Of a stretch of DNA of 64,000 bases, positions 1 to 9,850 are shown one piece after another. Location of the stretch: IMG/VR virus record IMGVR_UViG_3300043395_001986, positions 32,001-96,000 of that record; one strand, written 5' to 3'. This stretch comes from a virus. Its lineage: Duplodnaviria > Heunggongvirae > Uroviricota > Caudoviricetes. Position 1 is the first letter of the stretch, and each line of letters begins with the position of its first letter. The position numbers were made by a program, and so were the translations under genes. The notes below the pieces were generated by a model. It searched no databases and was not told the origin of the DNA. It worked only from the letters and a program-made list of their open reading frames with translations.

Positions 1-1
1 A

Positions 2-1330
2 TTGGCTATTGTTGAAGAAGTAATATTAGATACATCTGCAATAACTTTTGATGCCGAAACAAATGATTATTTGTATTCGGAATTTAATAATATAATACCA
101 TCGGGAGATATAAGAGACCTACAAGAAAGAGCAGTAGACCAAAAAGCAGTAGATGCTCAAAATTATATAAAAGAAAACAAACTTAAAAATCAAAGATACA
201 TAGGGGCAATTAGATATCGTTTATCAACTCAAGCTGGACAAGATACAACTCAATTACCAATTGCCTTTCCATTAAATCCAAATTTTTTTACTATACCTTT
301 ATTAAAAGAAATAGTAGAAATTACAAAAACTGAAAGTGGACATTATTATGAAAGAGTAAAATCAAATAATTCTCCAAACTATTCAACAAATGTGGGTATT
401 TTATTATCATCAGAAACACAGAATGGTAATAATAGTTTTTTACAACAAAAAGGATTGGATTCAATTAAGAGTGCAGAAGCCGGGATACCACAATCTTCTA
501 TAAAAAAAAGGCCAAATAATATACCATCTTCCGAAGTTGGACAATATTTTAAAAGAGATTTGAGATATCATTCATTAACCCCGTATGAGGGTGATACTAT
601 TTTACAAGGAAGATTTGGACAATCAATAAGATTTAGTGGATTTATAAATGAAAATAGAAAAAATGCAAAAAAAGCAAGTCCATCAATAATAATAAGAAAT
701 GGTGAAAATGCAGAATCTCTTAATAATATAAAAATATATGAGACAGTAAAGGAAGATGTTAATAAAGATGGAACATCAATTCATATAACAAGTGGTGATT
801 ATTTAACACCATATACACCAACAACTTCTGTAAAAAAAGAAGCAAATGATGTGTTTCCACCACAAAATAAACTTATAGGTGACCAGGTAGTAGTTAATAC
901 TGGACGATTAATTTTATCTACAAAAGCAAATGAAATATATATATTTTCTAAACTATCTACATCATTTTATTCGGATGATTTCTTTACAATAGATACTGCA
1001 AATGGATATAGAGCCGTAGTTCAAGATGGTGATTATTTTACAAAAATTAATGGACAATCAAACAACTATGTTGTAGAAATAAATGATACGGGCAAAATAT
1101 GTTTAGGAGCAGAACCATCAGAAGTTTCTGCTACATCTAAAGTACAACAAGCTGTAAAAGGAAATGCATTAGCTGAAATTTTAGATAGGTTGGTTATGAT
1201 TTTAACGGATACATATCAAATGAAAACACCATCTGGTATTACTGATTTTGGTCCCGTTGATAAGAGTGAATTAAACGCAATCAAATCGGACCTAAAAAAG
1301 ATTTTATCTAATAATAATTTCCTTATATAA
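2..1330 (+). CDS. Baseplate hub/central-spike (gp5-like) protein, 5'-truncated by window edge
   Basis: Open from window start; 'PYEGDTILQGRFGQSIRF' and C-terminal 'AVKGNALAEILD..TPSG' resemble spike/hub proteins; lies upstream of gp25/gp6-like genes. Confidence 0.5.
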   Translation: MAIVEEVILDTSAITFDAETNDYLYSEFNNIIPSGDIRDLQERAVDQKAVDAQNYIKENKLKNQRYIGAIRYRLSTQAGQDTTQLPIAFPLNPNFFTIPLLKEIVEITKTESGHYYERVKSNNSPNYSTNVGILLSSETQNGNNSFLQQKGLDSIKSAEAGIPQSSIKKRPNNIPSSEVGQYFKRDLRYHSLTPYEGDTILQGRFGQSIRFSGFINENRKNAKKASPSIIIRNGENAESLNNIKIYETVKEDVNKDGTSIHITSGDYLTPYTPTTSVKKEANDVFPPQNKLIGDQVVVNTGRLILSTKANEIYIFSKLSTSFYSDDFFTIDTANGYRAVVQDGDYFTKINGQSNNYVVEINDTGKICLGAEPSEVSATSKVQQAVKGNALAEILDRLVMILTDTYQMKTPSGITDFGPVDKSELNAIKSDLKKILSNNNFLI

Positions 1331-2631
1331 TGAGCTGGTCTAGATTCCGAAATAATATGATTGAGAAAATGAACAATTATCCGTATGAGGATAATAATGG
1401 ATTTGCTCAAGCACTTGCGGACGAATACGATAAATGTATGAAAAGTGGGTCTGATATTGTAAATAAAAACAGACTAAAAGTAGGAAATAAATCCGCATTT
1501 CAAGCAATAATAGAAGCACAGCAAGCAGAAGGAGTTGCATCAACAACCGAAGCATTTTATAGTTTACTTTTTCTTAAAATGGGAAATGCAGCTAAAGCAT
1601 ATTGGGCAGGTGCCAAATTAATGGAAACAAACCCACCAATATTAGTAACACCACCTGCTATAAAAAATTTATATATAATACCGGAAGGAAATGTTGTAAC
1701 AAACCCAGGTCAGTTTGCTACGGCACCTGTTGCACCAATTGATAATGCATTAACATTTCTAAATTCATTTATTTCTTTAGCAAAAGCACATTTGGTTACA
1801 ATTAGTGGTATATGCAATACAATGGCACAATATCCACCACCGGCGCCGCCGGCACCTTCGATAGTACAATGGACAGGATTTAGTGTACCTGACCAGGATG
1901 ATGGAGATAATGATGAACTCACAATGACAGAAAACGAACTATCAGGTGCAAAAGAGGATTTAAAATCAGCACAAGTAGCAGCTAAACAGGCTAAAACAGA
2001 CCCTGCTAAACAGGCAGCATTGGATGCGATAAAATTTTTTAGAAACAAAATAGCGGCAAAGAAAAATAATGCATTAACTGCGGATTCTCAAATAGAAGAA
2101 AATCCACCACCACCTCCACCACCATCTGATGCTGCTATTGGAAATAAAATAGTATATTATGCTAAATTGGATATTGGTAAAACCGAAGACCCATTGCCAC
2201 CTGGTAAACCTGAAAACTGGGGTCCCTTTGTGCAATCGTGTTTAAAATCAACAGGTATAAATGAACCTGCGTTTTGGTGTGCCGCATTTGTAACGAAGAT
2301 TTATAAATCAGCAGGTGCAGCAAATCCAAGTTCAGCAGGTTGTGATGAGTGGAGAGCATGGGCAAAGAAAAAAGGATTATGGAGTAGAACACCAACAATC
2401 GGTGCAGCGATACTATATGGCTCAGAAGCAGATGCACACCATATTGGTATAGTTGAACAAGTAAGTGGTACAAAATTAGTATCTACAATTGAAGGAAACA
2501 CAACCGGTGGAAGGGGATTTAATAGAAATGGATGTGGGTGTTTTAGAAAAACTGGTCCTTTTAGAAATGTATTAGGATATGTATCACCTGTTGATGCAAA
2601 GAGTTTAAAAACAACAAAAAAGAAAAGTTAA
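1330..2631 (+). CDS. Baseplate-associated protein with C-terminal CHAP/NlpC-type peptidoglycan amidase
   Basis: WCAAFV (Cys), HHIGIVE (His), TIEGNT motifs after a Pro-rich linker; TAATG overlap with upstream gene. Confidence 0.75.
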   Translation: MSWSRFRNNMIEKMNNYPYEDNNGFAQALADEYDKCMKSGSDIVNKNRLKVGNKSAFQAIIEAQQAEGVASTTEAFYSLLFLKMGNAAKAYWAGAKLMETNPPILVTPPAIKNLYIIPEGNVVTNPGQFATAPVAPIDNALTFLNSFISLAKAHLVTISGICNTMAQYPPPAPPAPSIVQWTGFSVPDQDDGDNDELTMTENELSGAKEDLKSAQVAAKQAKTDPAKQAALDAIKFFRNKIAAKKNNALTADSQIEENPPPPPPPSDAAIGNKIVYYAKLDIGKTEDPLPPGKPENWGPFVQSCLKSTGINEPAFWCAAFVTKIYKSAGAANPSSAGCDEWRAWAKKKGLWSRTPTIGAAILYGSEADAHHIGIVEQVSGTKLVSTIEGNTTGGRGFNRNGCGCFRKTGPFRNVLGYVSPVDAKSLKTTKKKS

Positions 2632-2658
2632 ATAATTATATATAACAAATAAATTAGT

Positions 2659-3129
2659 ATGGACAATAAAAAATTTATTCAATTAATTAGAGCAGTTATT
2701 CGTGAAGAAGTGAAAACTGCTGTTAAAGAGGTTTTATTAGAACAAAAACAAACACAAACTAAACAAATATCTAAACCATCTTTAAAAGAAATGGTTGAAG
2801 ACCCATTTGAAAAAGCAAATAGAATTTTACAACAAAGTAGAAAAGATGAGCCTGTTCAAAATAAAAGATTAAGTAAAAATCCAATTTTGAATGAAGTTTT
2901 AAATCAAACAATGCCGTTCCAACCGGGTATGAGTAGAGATGATGGTGGATATGGAACAATGAATTTTACGGCAGATATGATTGGGTATGGTGGAATGAAT
3001 ACAGGATTACCAACTACAAATCCAGATGGTCAACCATTGGCTGCAAATCCAGCTAATAAAGAAGTTGCAGCTGTTGCGAAAGCAATGACAAGAGATTATA
3101 GTGAATTAGTGAAAAGATTTAAAAAATAA
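2659..3129 (+). CDS. Hypothetical phage protein
   Basis: 156-aa ORF in operon, preceded by TAATTATA motif, TAATG overlap with next gene. Confidence 0.6.
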   Translation: MDNKKFIQLIRAVIREEVKTAVKEVLLEQKQTQTKQISKPSLKEMVEDPFEKANRILQQSRKDEPVQNKRLSKNPILNEVLNQTMPFQPGMSRDDGGYGTMNFTADMIGYGGMNTGLPTTNPDGQPLAANPANKEVAAVAKAMTRDYSELVKRFKK

Positions 3130-3545
3130 TGGCAATTGTAATAAATAATAAATTTAAAGCAGAAATTGCTCAAAAAGCAATTGGATTATCTTTACCAATT
3201 AGAAAAGGTAATGGTGGTTATTTTGAATCTAATTATGAAACAAGAAAACAAATCCAATCTAATTTAAGAAATTTATTACTAACACAAAAAGGAGAAAGAA
3301 TAGGAAATACTGACTTTGGTTGCAATTTAAAAAAGGTTTTGTTTGAACCACTAATACAAGAAGATTTGGAATCGTTTATTCAATCCGATATTGAGTTAGC
3401 AGTTGCAACATATCTTCCTTATGTTACAATAGAATCAATTGATTATTCTCAAAATGAGGATGAACATAGAATAGAATTAAACATAAATTATTCTTTAAAT
3501 TTTGATACAATTAAAGATATAGAAACAATAAATTTGGTAATATAA
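3129..3545 (+). CDS. Baseplate wedge subunit, T4 gp25-like
   Basis: NLRNLLLTQKGER..DFGCNL..LFEP signature; 138 aa. Confidence 0.9.
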   Translation: MAIVINNKFKAEIAQKAIGLSLPIRKGNGGYFESNYETRKQIQSNLRNLLLTQKGERIGNTDFGCNLKKVLFEPLIQEDLESFIQSDIELAVATYLPYVTIESIDYSQNEDEHRIELNINYSLNFDTIKDIETINLVI

Positions 3546-3546
3546 A

Positions 3547-5571
3547 ATGGCACTGAAACCAATAGATAAAACATTTACAGGAAATAAAAAAGATGTAAGA
3601 TATCTTAATAGAGATTTTTCATCATTTAAGCAGGCATTAACAGATTTTGCCAAAACATATTTTCCAAATACAGCAAACGATTTTAGTGATGCTTCACCTG
3701 GTACTATGTTTATAGAACTTGCATCATATGTTGGGGATGTATTATCTTTTTATACTGATGCTCAATTAAAAGAATCATTTATTAATTTAGCATCGAATAA
3801 AACAAATCTAATAACCCACGCACAAAATTTAGGATATAAACCAAAAATTTCAACACCATCAATTGTTAATTTATCATTATACCAAATATTACCTGCAATA
3901 AAAACCGATGGAGTAGTAGGAACACCTGATTTTAGATATGCATTGAGAATAGAAGCAGGTATGGAAGCGGAAACTGCTGATGGTATTGTATTTAGAACAA
4001 TGGATGTTTGTGATTTCAACGATGAAACGGATAGAGATATAACTCTTTATAATAAAGATAATGGAGAATTTTTAGTTAAAAAAAGAGTTAAGGCTATGAG
4101 TGCGGATGAATTGGAAATGGAAATCAATTGGAGCAATAAAGAATTTGAAGAAAACCCATCGTTTACAATAACAGATAATGAATTTTTAGGAATCACATCA
4201 ATATATGATGATGAAAACAATAGATACTATGAAGTAGATTTCTTAGCTCAAGACTTTGTATATATTCAGGAACCAAATATAAGCATAAACGGAAATAAAT
4301 CATCCGAAGCAACTACAACTCCATATCTACTAAAACAATTAAAAACAAATAGAAGATTTGTTACTAGAGTAATAAATGAAAATACAATTGAAGTTAGATT
4401 TGGAAGTGGAAATGAAGATTTACCTGATGAAATATTAATACCAAATACTAAAAATGTAGGATTAGGATTGAATAATTCAATCGAAAGATTGAATCATGGA
4501 TATGACCCTTCTAATTTTTTATTTACAAATGCATATGGAATTGCACCTCAAAAAACAAAATTAAAAGTTAAATATTTAAGTGGTGGTGGATTAAAATCAA
4601 ACATATCGTCAGATTCTATTACAAAAATTAGAAGCATAACTTTTAATGAAGATGCGAATACATTTAGTAGTACTGAACAAAATACCTATGCATATTATAG
4701 ACAACAATTACAGGTAACAAATGATGAACCTGCTGTTGGTGGTTCTGGTTTTGAATCTTTGGAATTAATAAGAGAAAATTCTATTGCAAATTTTGCATCT
4801 CAAAACAGAGCAGTTACTAAACAGGATTATGAGGTAAGAGTTTTATCATTACCACCAAAATTCGGCAATATAGCAAAAGTATATGTTGAAGCAGATGGTA
4901 ATATTGATGATTTTGGAGCAAGAGCAATATTAAAAGATGCAAATCTTCAAAAAGAATTTTTATCATTTATTAAAAGTTCAAAATCTTTAAACGATAAAGA
5001 AATTGAAGTTGAGCTTAAAAAGTTTTTAAAAAATAAAAAAGATACACCAAATCCGGAAATAAACAATCCATTTGCAATTAATATGTATCTTTTGGCATAT
5101 GATATTAATAAAAATTTAATTCCAATAAATGAGAGTTTAAAACAAAATTTAAAAATATATTTAAATGAACATAGAATGTTGACAGACGCTGTTAATATTT
5201 TAAAAGCATTTATTATTAATATTGGAGTTAACTTTGAAGTTACTGTCTTTAACAATTATAACAAAAGAGAAGTTGTTTTAAATTGTATACAAACGATAAC
5301 TAATTTCTTTGATATAGATAAATGGAAAATAAACCAACCAATTAATTTAAGTGAATTAGAATTAGAAATCGCAAATGTAGATGGTGTATCATCTGTCCCA
5401 TTAGTTGAAATATATAACATATGTAAAAGTTCATCAAATGGAGGAGACTATGCAACTAATTCATATAATATTAAAGAAGCAACTAAAAATAAAATAATTT
5501 ACCCATCATTAGACCCATCTATTTTTGAACTTAAATTTCCAAACGTAGATATAAAAGGAAGAGCTTTATAA
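3547..5571 (+). CDS. Baseplate wedge subunit, T4 gp6-like
   Basis: RDFSSFK..DFSDASPG..ELASYVGDVLSFY, GYKP, FGSG, QNRAVTKQDY motifs; follows gp25. Confidence 0.85.
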   Translation: MALKPIDKTFTGNKKDVRYLNRDFSSFKQALTDFAKTYFPNTANDFSDASPGTMFIELASYVGDVLSFYTDAQLKESFINLASNKTNLITHAQNLGYKPKISTPSIVNLSLYQILPAIKTDGVVGTPDFRYALRIEAGMEAETADGIVFRTMDVCDFNDETDRDITLYNKDNGEFLVKKRVKAMSADELEMEINWSNKEFEENPSFTITDNEFLGITSIYDDENNRYYEVDFLAQDFVYIQEPNISINGNKSSEATTTPYLLKQLKTNRRFVTRVINENTIEVRFGSGNEDLPDEILIPNTKNVGLGLNNSIERLNHGYDPSNFLFTNAYGIAPQKTKLKVKYLSGGGLKSNISSDSITKIRSITFNEDANTFSSTEQNTYAYYRQQLQVTNDEPAVGGSGFESLELIRENSIANFASQNRAVTKQDYEVRVLSLPPKFGNIAKVYVEADGNIDDFGARAILKDANLQKEFLSFIKSSKSLNDKEIEVELKKFLKNKKDTPNPEINNPFAINMYLLAYDINKNLIPINESLKQNLKIYLNEHRMLTDAVNILKAFIINIGVNFEVTVFNNYNKREVVLNCIQTITNFFDIDKWKINQPINLSELELEIANVDGVSSVPLVEIYNICKSSSNGGDYATNSYNIKEATKNKIIYPSLDPSIFELKFPNVDIKGRAL

Positions 5572-5572
5572 T

Positions 5573-6661
5573 ATGTACACATTCATTACAGCATCTAAAG
5601 ATGCAGCTATATATAACGAAGAATCATACCAAAATACAGGATATGATGAAATATTAGAAGTTGGTGCATACATTGTAGATGTTACTAAATATAAAACTCG
5701 TTCTTTAATTAAGTTTGAAACATCACATATATCACAATCATTAGCAATATATAATGCACAATCTGCATCATCATTATTTACCGCATCTTTATTATTAAGA
5801 GCAATTGAATTTAATGAAATACCTGCTACATCTACAATATACGCATATCCCGTTTCTCAAAGTTGGGAAGAAGGTGTTGGTACATTGGTAGATAAGATTT
5901 CCACAAAAGGTGTATCTTGGTGGTATAGAAATGGTGAATCGCAAACACTTTGGCACACGGATGCAGATGATAATATCGGACAAGAATTAACAGGTTCTAT
6001 TGGAACAAGTTTAGATACAGATGGAAGAGGTGGTACCTGGTATACATCATCTTTATCAAAAACATATAGCTATAAAGTAGAAGATTTAGAAATAGATATA
6101 ACTTCATTTGTAAAAAATTGGTTAAGTGGTAGTGTTGCAAACGAAGGAATTGTACTAAAACTATTATCTGATTTAGAATCAGATGATAACGATTATGGTA
6201 AATTTAAATTCTTTTCAAAACAAACAAACACAATATATCAACCTAAATTAATATTAAAATGGGATGAAACTTTCAATGAAGGAACTGGTAGCGTTTTAGG
6301 ACAAAATTATAGAACTTTTACTTCTAATTTAAATTCAGAATACAAATTAGGACAGAGAGTAAAAATAGAAGTAAAAACAAGAGAAAAATACCCAACTACA
6401 ACATATTCTACATTTGGATATGATACATATTATAATTTACCATCTTCAAGTTACTACGAAATTATAGATAGTAAAACCGGAGATGTTATTATTCCATTTT
6501 CATCACAGTCAAAATTAAATAGAGATTCATCTTCTGCTAAAAATTATTTTTACTTAAATTTAAGTAATTTTGAAAAAGGTAGAAATTATACTATAAATGT
6601 AAAAATTGAAGAAGATTTTTCGCAACAAATATTTAATATAGGAAACTTTGATATTGTATAA
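5573..6661 (+). CDS. Putative virion beta-sandwich protein
   Basis: KDAAIY..RSLIKF..SWEEG..DITSFV..W..N.GIVLK..P.L pattern resembles DNRLRE-type carbohydrate-binding-like domains; tail-module context. Confidence 0.5.
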   Translation: MYTFITASKDAAIYNEESYQNTGYDEILEVGAYIVDVTKYKTRSLIKFETSHISQSLAIYNAQSASSLFTASLLLRAIEFNEIPATSTIYAYPVSQSWEEGVGTLVDKISTKGVSWWYRNGESQTLWHTDADDNIGQELTGSIGTSLDTDGRGGTWYTSSLSKTYSYKVEDLEIDITSFVKNWLSGSVANEGIVLKLLSDLESDDNDYGKFKFFSKQTNTIYQPKLILKWDETFNEGTGSVLGQNYRTFTSNLNSEYKLGQRVKIEVKTREKYPTTTYSTFGYDTYYNLPSSSYYEIIDSKTGDVIIPFSSQSKLNRDSSSAKNYFYLNLSNFEKGRNYTINVKIEEDFSQQIFNIGNFDIV

Positions 6662-6663
6662 AA

Positions 6664-7731
6664 TTGGAAGAGATTAAAAAAATAAACATTACAGATTCTA
6701 GTTCATCTACACTAGATGCTAAACTTATCGTTGATACATATAATGTAAACGAATTGGTTAAATCCGTTGATGTAGGTGTAAGGGAGTTAATAAAACCTTT
6801 ACCTACACCAAATTTAGAATTAATACCAAAGCCATTATATGATGAGGCATTATTAGAGATACAGGACCTAACACAAATTATAGCAACACAACAAATAGAA
6901 ATTGACAACTTAAATTCAGAAATTACAATTTTAGAAGATAAGGTTAGAACATTAGAATTTGATATAGATGATAATAAATTACAAAAAGCATTTATTGAAA
7001 ATCAGTTTCAACAAAGTGGTCTTACAATAATAGAAGTAAGACAACAAATTCAAGAATCTTTTTCCAAAGCTATAAATGAAAATATTGAAAGAGGTGCGTT
7101 GGAGGCAGAAAATGAAGGATTAATTGCACAAAAAAATGCATTAATCAAACAAATAGATACTCTAAATAATTTATTAAATCAACAAAATAGTCAAATACAA
7201 AGATTAGAAGGTCAACTATCCGCAAAAGAACAAGCGATATCAGCGGGAGGTGTTGCAACAGGACAATTATCTACATTAGTATTTGATGGAGGAGACCCTA
7301 CAAAAACTACAAATGAAGGTTTTAATATTTGCCAAGATTATGGAGATGGGTATGGTTCTACGGCTAAATATAAGAGTTTTGCACCATCAAATCCACCATG
7401 GAAAGGTTTATATAAATCGTGGGTAGATATTGTAGCTGGTCCAAAGGATATACAAGTTGATTTTGCATTTAAAGACGGTTTAAAAAATTCTCCTTGGGAT
7501 TTTGGAGTACAATTACCCGCAACAATAAAAGCAAATGAAACTTTAAGATTTAAAATGGATGCACCTTCTGGTTATTTAGGAACAATAACAGGTCAACATG
7601 GGGGTGGGTTGTTTTCACATTCACGTGCGACTGTATATGATTATGTAATGACAATTATTGCAAAAGATATTGACCAAAATGGAAAAACAGAAACAAAAGA
7701 TTTTAGGGGAAGATTATATCATCATGGATAA
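6664..7731 (+). CDS. Coiled-coil putative virion protein (TTG start)
   Basis: Long heptad-rich Q/E/L segment followed by a globular C-terminal domain. Confidence 0.55.
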   Translation: MEEIKKINITDSSSSTLDAKLIVDTYNVNELVKSVDVGVRELIKPLPTPNLELIPKPLYDEALLEIQDLTQIIATQQIEIDNLNSEITILEDKVRTLEFDIDDNKLQKAFIENQFQQSGLTIIEVRQQIQESFSKAINENIERGALEAENEGLIAQKNALIKQIDTLNNLLNQQNSQIQRLEGQLSAKEQAISAGGVATGQLSTLVFDGGDPTKTTNEGFNICQDYGDGYGSTAKYKSFAPSNPPWKGLYKSWVDIVAGPKDIQVDFAFKDGLKNSPWDFGVQLPATIKANETLRFKMDAPSGYLGTITGQHGGGLFSHSRATVYDYVMTIIAKDIDQNGKTETKDFRGRLYHHG

Positions 7732-7743
7732 TTATATTAAGTA

Positions 7744-9255
7744 ATGGCAATAACAGATTTAAAAAATATAGAAAATATAAATCTACGAACTGAAACAAAA
7801 GGTCAGTTAATAGAATCAAAAGATTTGAATATCTTTAAGAGTTCCGCTGCTGTTATTAGTCAATTTGGGCAAAGTAAAAACGATGTTATTGAATTTAGAT
7901 TATACGATAAAGCAAATAACTTACTTACTCAAAAAGATAATAAAAAAGTAAAATATATAAAATATATTGAATTTAATAACTATTTAAAAACAGGAATAGA
8001 TTCAAATGGTGAAAAAGTATATTCTGTTGATATAGAAAAATTAATATTAGATTCTGGAAATGGAAATGGAGAATATAGAGTATCTCTTAATTTTGTTAAA
8101 AACAAATTAGGAACAGATAATGAAACTGAAAAAGTATGGATTGAAGAAATATCTCCATCTAGAAAAGAAATAAGAGTTTTACCTTTATTAAAAGATGGTT
8201 CTAATTATAATTCTATAATAGAAAAAAGATACAAAAGTTTTGGAAATAATACAGCAGAGTTAAGAAGTAGTGTATCAAAGGTAACACAAAAAATTGATTC
8301 AATACAATTACAGATTACTAAAATAATAGATGATTATTTTACTTCTAAATATGGATTGAATTATGTTGACACAATTAAAAAAGATTTTGGAATAAATAAT
8401 AATTGGGATTTTGTAAAAACAAAAATACTAACAGACTTTAAAGAATCTTTATTAAATCAAATAAATGGAAAAGAATACAAATTAGGCGCACCCTCATTTG
8501 GTTCACCAATTAATCAAAAACTTGATTTTGATGAATATGAAGAATTTACTCCATATATCCAACAAAGATTAACAGAAGCAATTGATTATAATTTAAAATA
8601 TTTTGTAGAAACCAAATTCCCACCTTCTGTTCAAGAAGAAATTAATAATAGTGATGAGGTTAAGTTATTGGAAAGCTTAATTGAAAAACCATTGGTATCA
8701 AAATCTATTATAGAAGGAAAACCTGCGGTAAGAAAATTACCACCTGATACATTAATGGAATTACTAAAAGGAGTAAAAAAAGTTGATGGAGGGTTAACAA
8801 TAGATGTTACTGACCCTGCAACAGGAAAACAAATAACAATTAAAGCAACTACACCGGAAGAATTAGCATCAAAAATATCGGATATTAAACCATATAAAGC
8901 AAGTCCAAATGACCCTGCTTTACCAACAACAAATCCTGCAAGAAAAAGCATTCAGGATACAATATCTGCTGTTAATAATAAAATAGATGAAACCAAACAA
9001 CAAATCAATGATGCTATTAATAAGGCAAATGAATTAAAAGAGAAAGGTACAAAGGCAATTGCAGATGCACAAGCAGCAGCAAATAAAATAGCAGGATTAA
9101 AAGATGAAGCTTTAGGTAAGATTGGTGATTTAAAAGGAAAAGCAGATGAATTAAAAGGAAAAGCAACCGAAGGATTAAATAAAGTGAAGGGATTGTTAAA
9201 AAAACCAAAGAAAAAAATTGGTCAATCTAAATTTAAAATTCCTAAAATATTTTAA
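7744..9255 (+). CDS. Putative baseplate/tail protein with amphipathic K/A/G-rich C-terminal repeats
   Basis: EISPSRKEIR motif; C-terminal LKGKADELKGKA repeats. Confidence 0.55.
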   Translation: MAITDLKNIENINLRTETKGQLIESKDLNIFKSSAAVISQFGQSKNDVIEFRLYDKANNLLTQKDNKKVKYIKYIEFNNYLKTGIDSNGEKVYSVDIEKLILDSGNGNGEYRVSLNFVKNKLGTDNETEKVWIEEISPSRKEIRVLPLLKDGSNYNSIIEKRYKSFGNNTAELRSSVSKVTQKIDSIQLQITKIIDDYFTSKYGLNYVDTIKKDFGINNNWDFVKTKILTDFKESLLNQINGKEYKLGAPSFGSPINQKLDFDEYEEFTPYIQQRLTEAIDYNLKYFVETKFPPSVQEEINNSDEVKLLESLIEKPLVSKSIIEGKPAVRKLPPDTLMELLKGVKKVDGGLTIDVTDPATGKQITIKATTPEELASKISDIKPYKASPNDPALPTTNPARKSIQDTISAVNNKIDETKQQINDAINKANELKEKGTKAIADAQAAANKIAGLKDEALGKIGDLKGKADELKGKATEGLNKVKGLLKKPKKKIGQSKFKIPKIF

Positions 9256-9257
9256 AG

Positions 9258-9836
9258 ATGAGAACAACTGATGCATTAGACCAATTATATAATCCAACCG
9301 CTGATTTTTTAATCAGTCAATATCCATGGGTTTCTAGTTTAGAAATGGGAGCACCTTCTGCGGGTGGCTCTACTTTTGGTGGTGGAGGTGGTGGAGGTAA
9401 TATATCAATTGTACCTTCCGTGGAGCCACCATTTTACACAACACCAATAATCACACCAGAATTACCAATAACACAACTTCCAAAAATTAATCTAAAACTA
9501 ACTGGATTAAAAAATGGATTCATAAAGTATGATAATAAAGTATATTATGATGATAATACAATAGAGTTTAATGTTTTATCATCATTAGATTCTGTTACAT
9601 TAAAAGGAGAGGGAGCTAAATATGGAGAGTATTATGTTATTTCATTTGAAAACGTTTCAATAGAAGCACCTGTTAAGGATGCAATCGTATCACCACCAAC
9701 AATGGGCGGGGTAAGTAGTGGTGGAGGAGGAAGAACCGGCGGATATGTATATACTGGAGGACAGTATAATCCTGGATCACCTGGATTTAATTCAAATTTA
9801 GCAGAAAGACCTATTGACCAAAATGCACAAAAATAA
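9258..9836 (+). CDS. Hypothetical Gly/Pro-rich protein
   Basis: 192-aa ORF in operon with poly-Gly tracts. Confidence 0.5.
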   Translation: MRTTDALDQLYNPTADFLISQYPWVSSLEMGAPSAGGSTFGGGGGGGNISIVPSVEPPFYTTPIITPELPITQLPKINLKLTGLKNGFIKYDNKVYYDDNTIEFNVLSSLDSVTLKGEGAKYGEYYVISFENVSIEAPVKDAIVSPPTMGGVSSGGGGRTGGYVYTGGQYNPGSPGFNSNLAERPIDQNAQK

Positions 9837-9838
9837 AG

Positions 9839-9846
9839 TATTTATA
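9839..9846 (+). promoter_or_regulatory. Putative phage late promoter TATTTATA
   Basis: Recurrent intergenic motif upstream of structural genes. Confidence 0.5.
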
Positions 9847-9850
9847 AATA

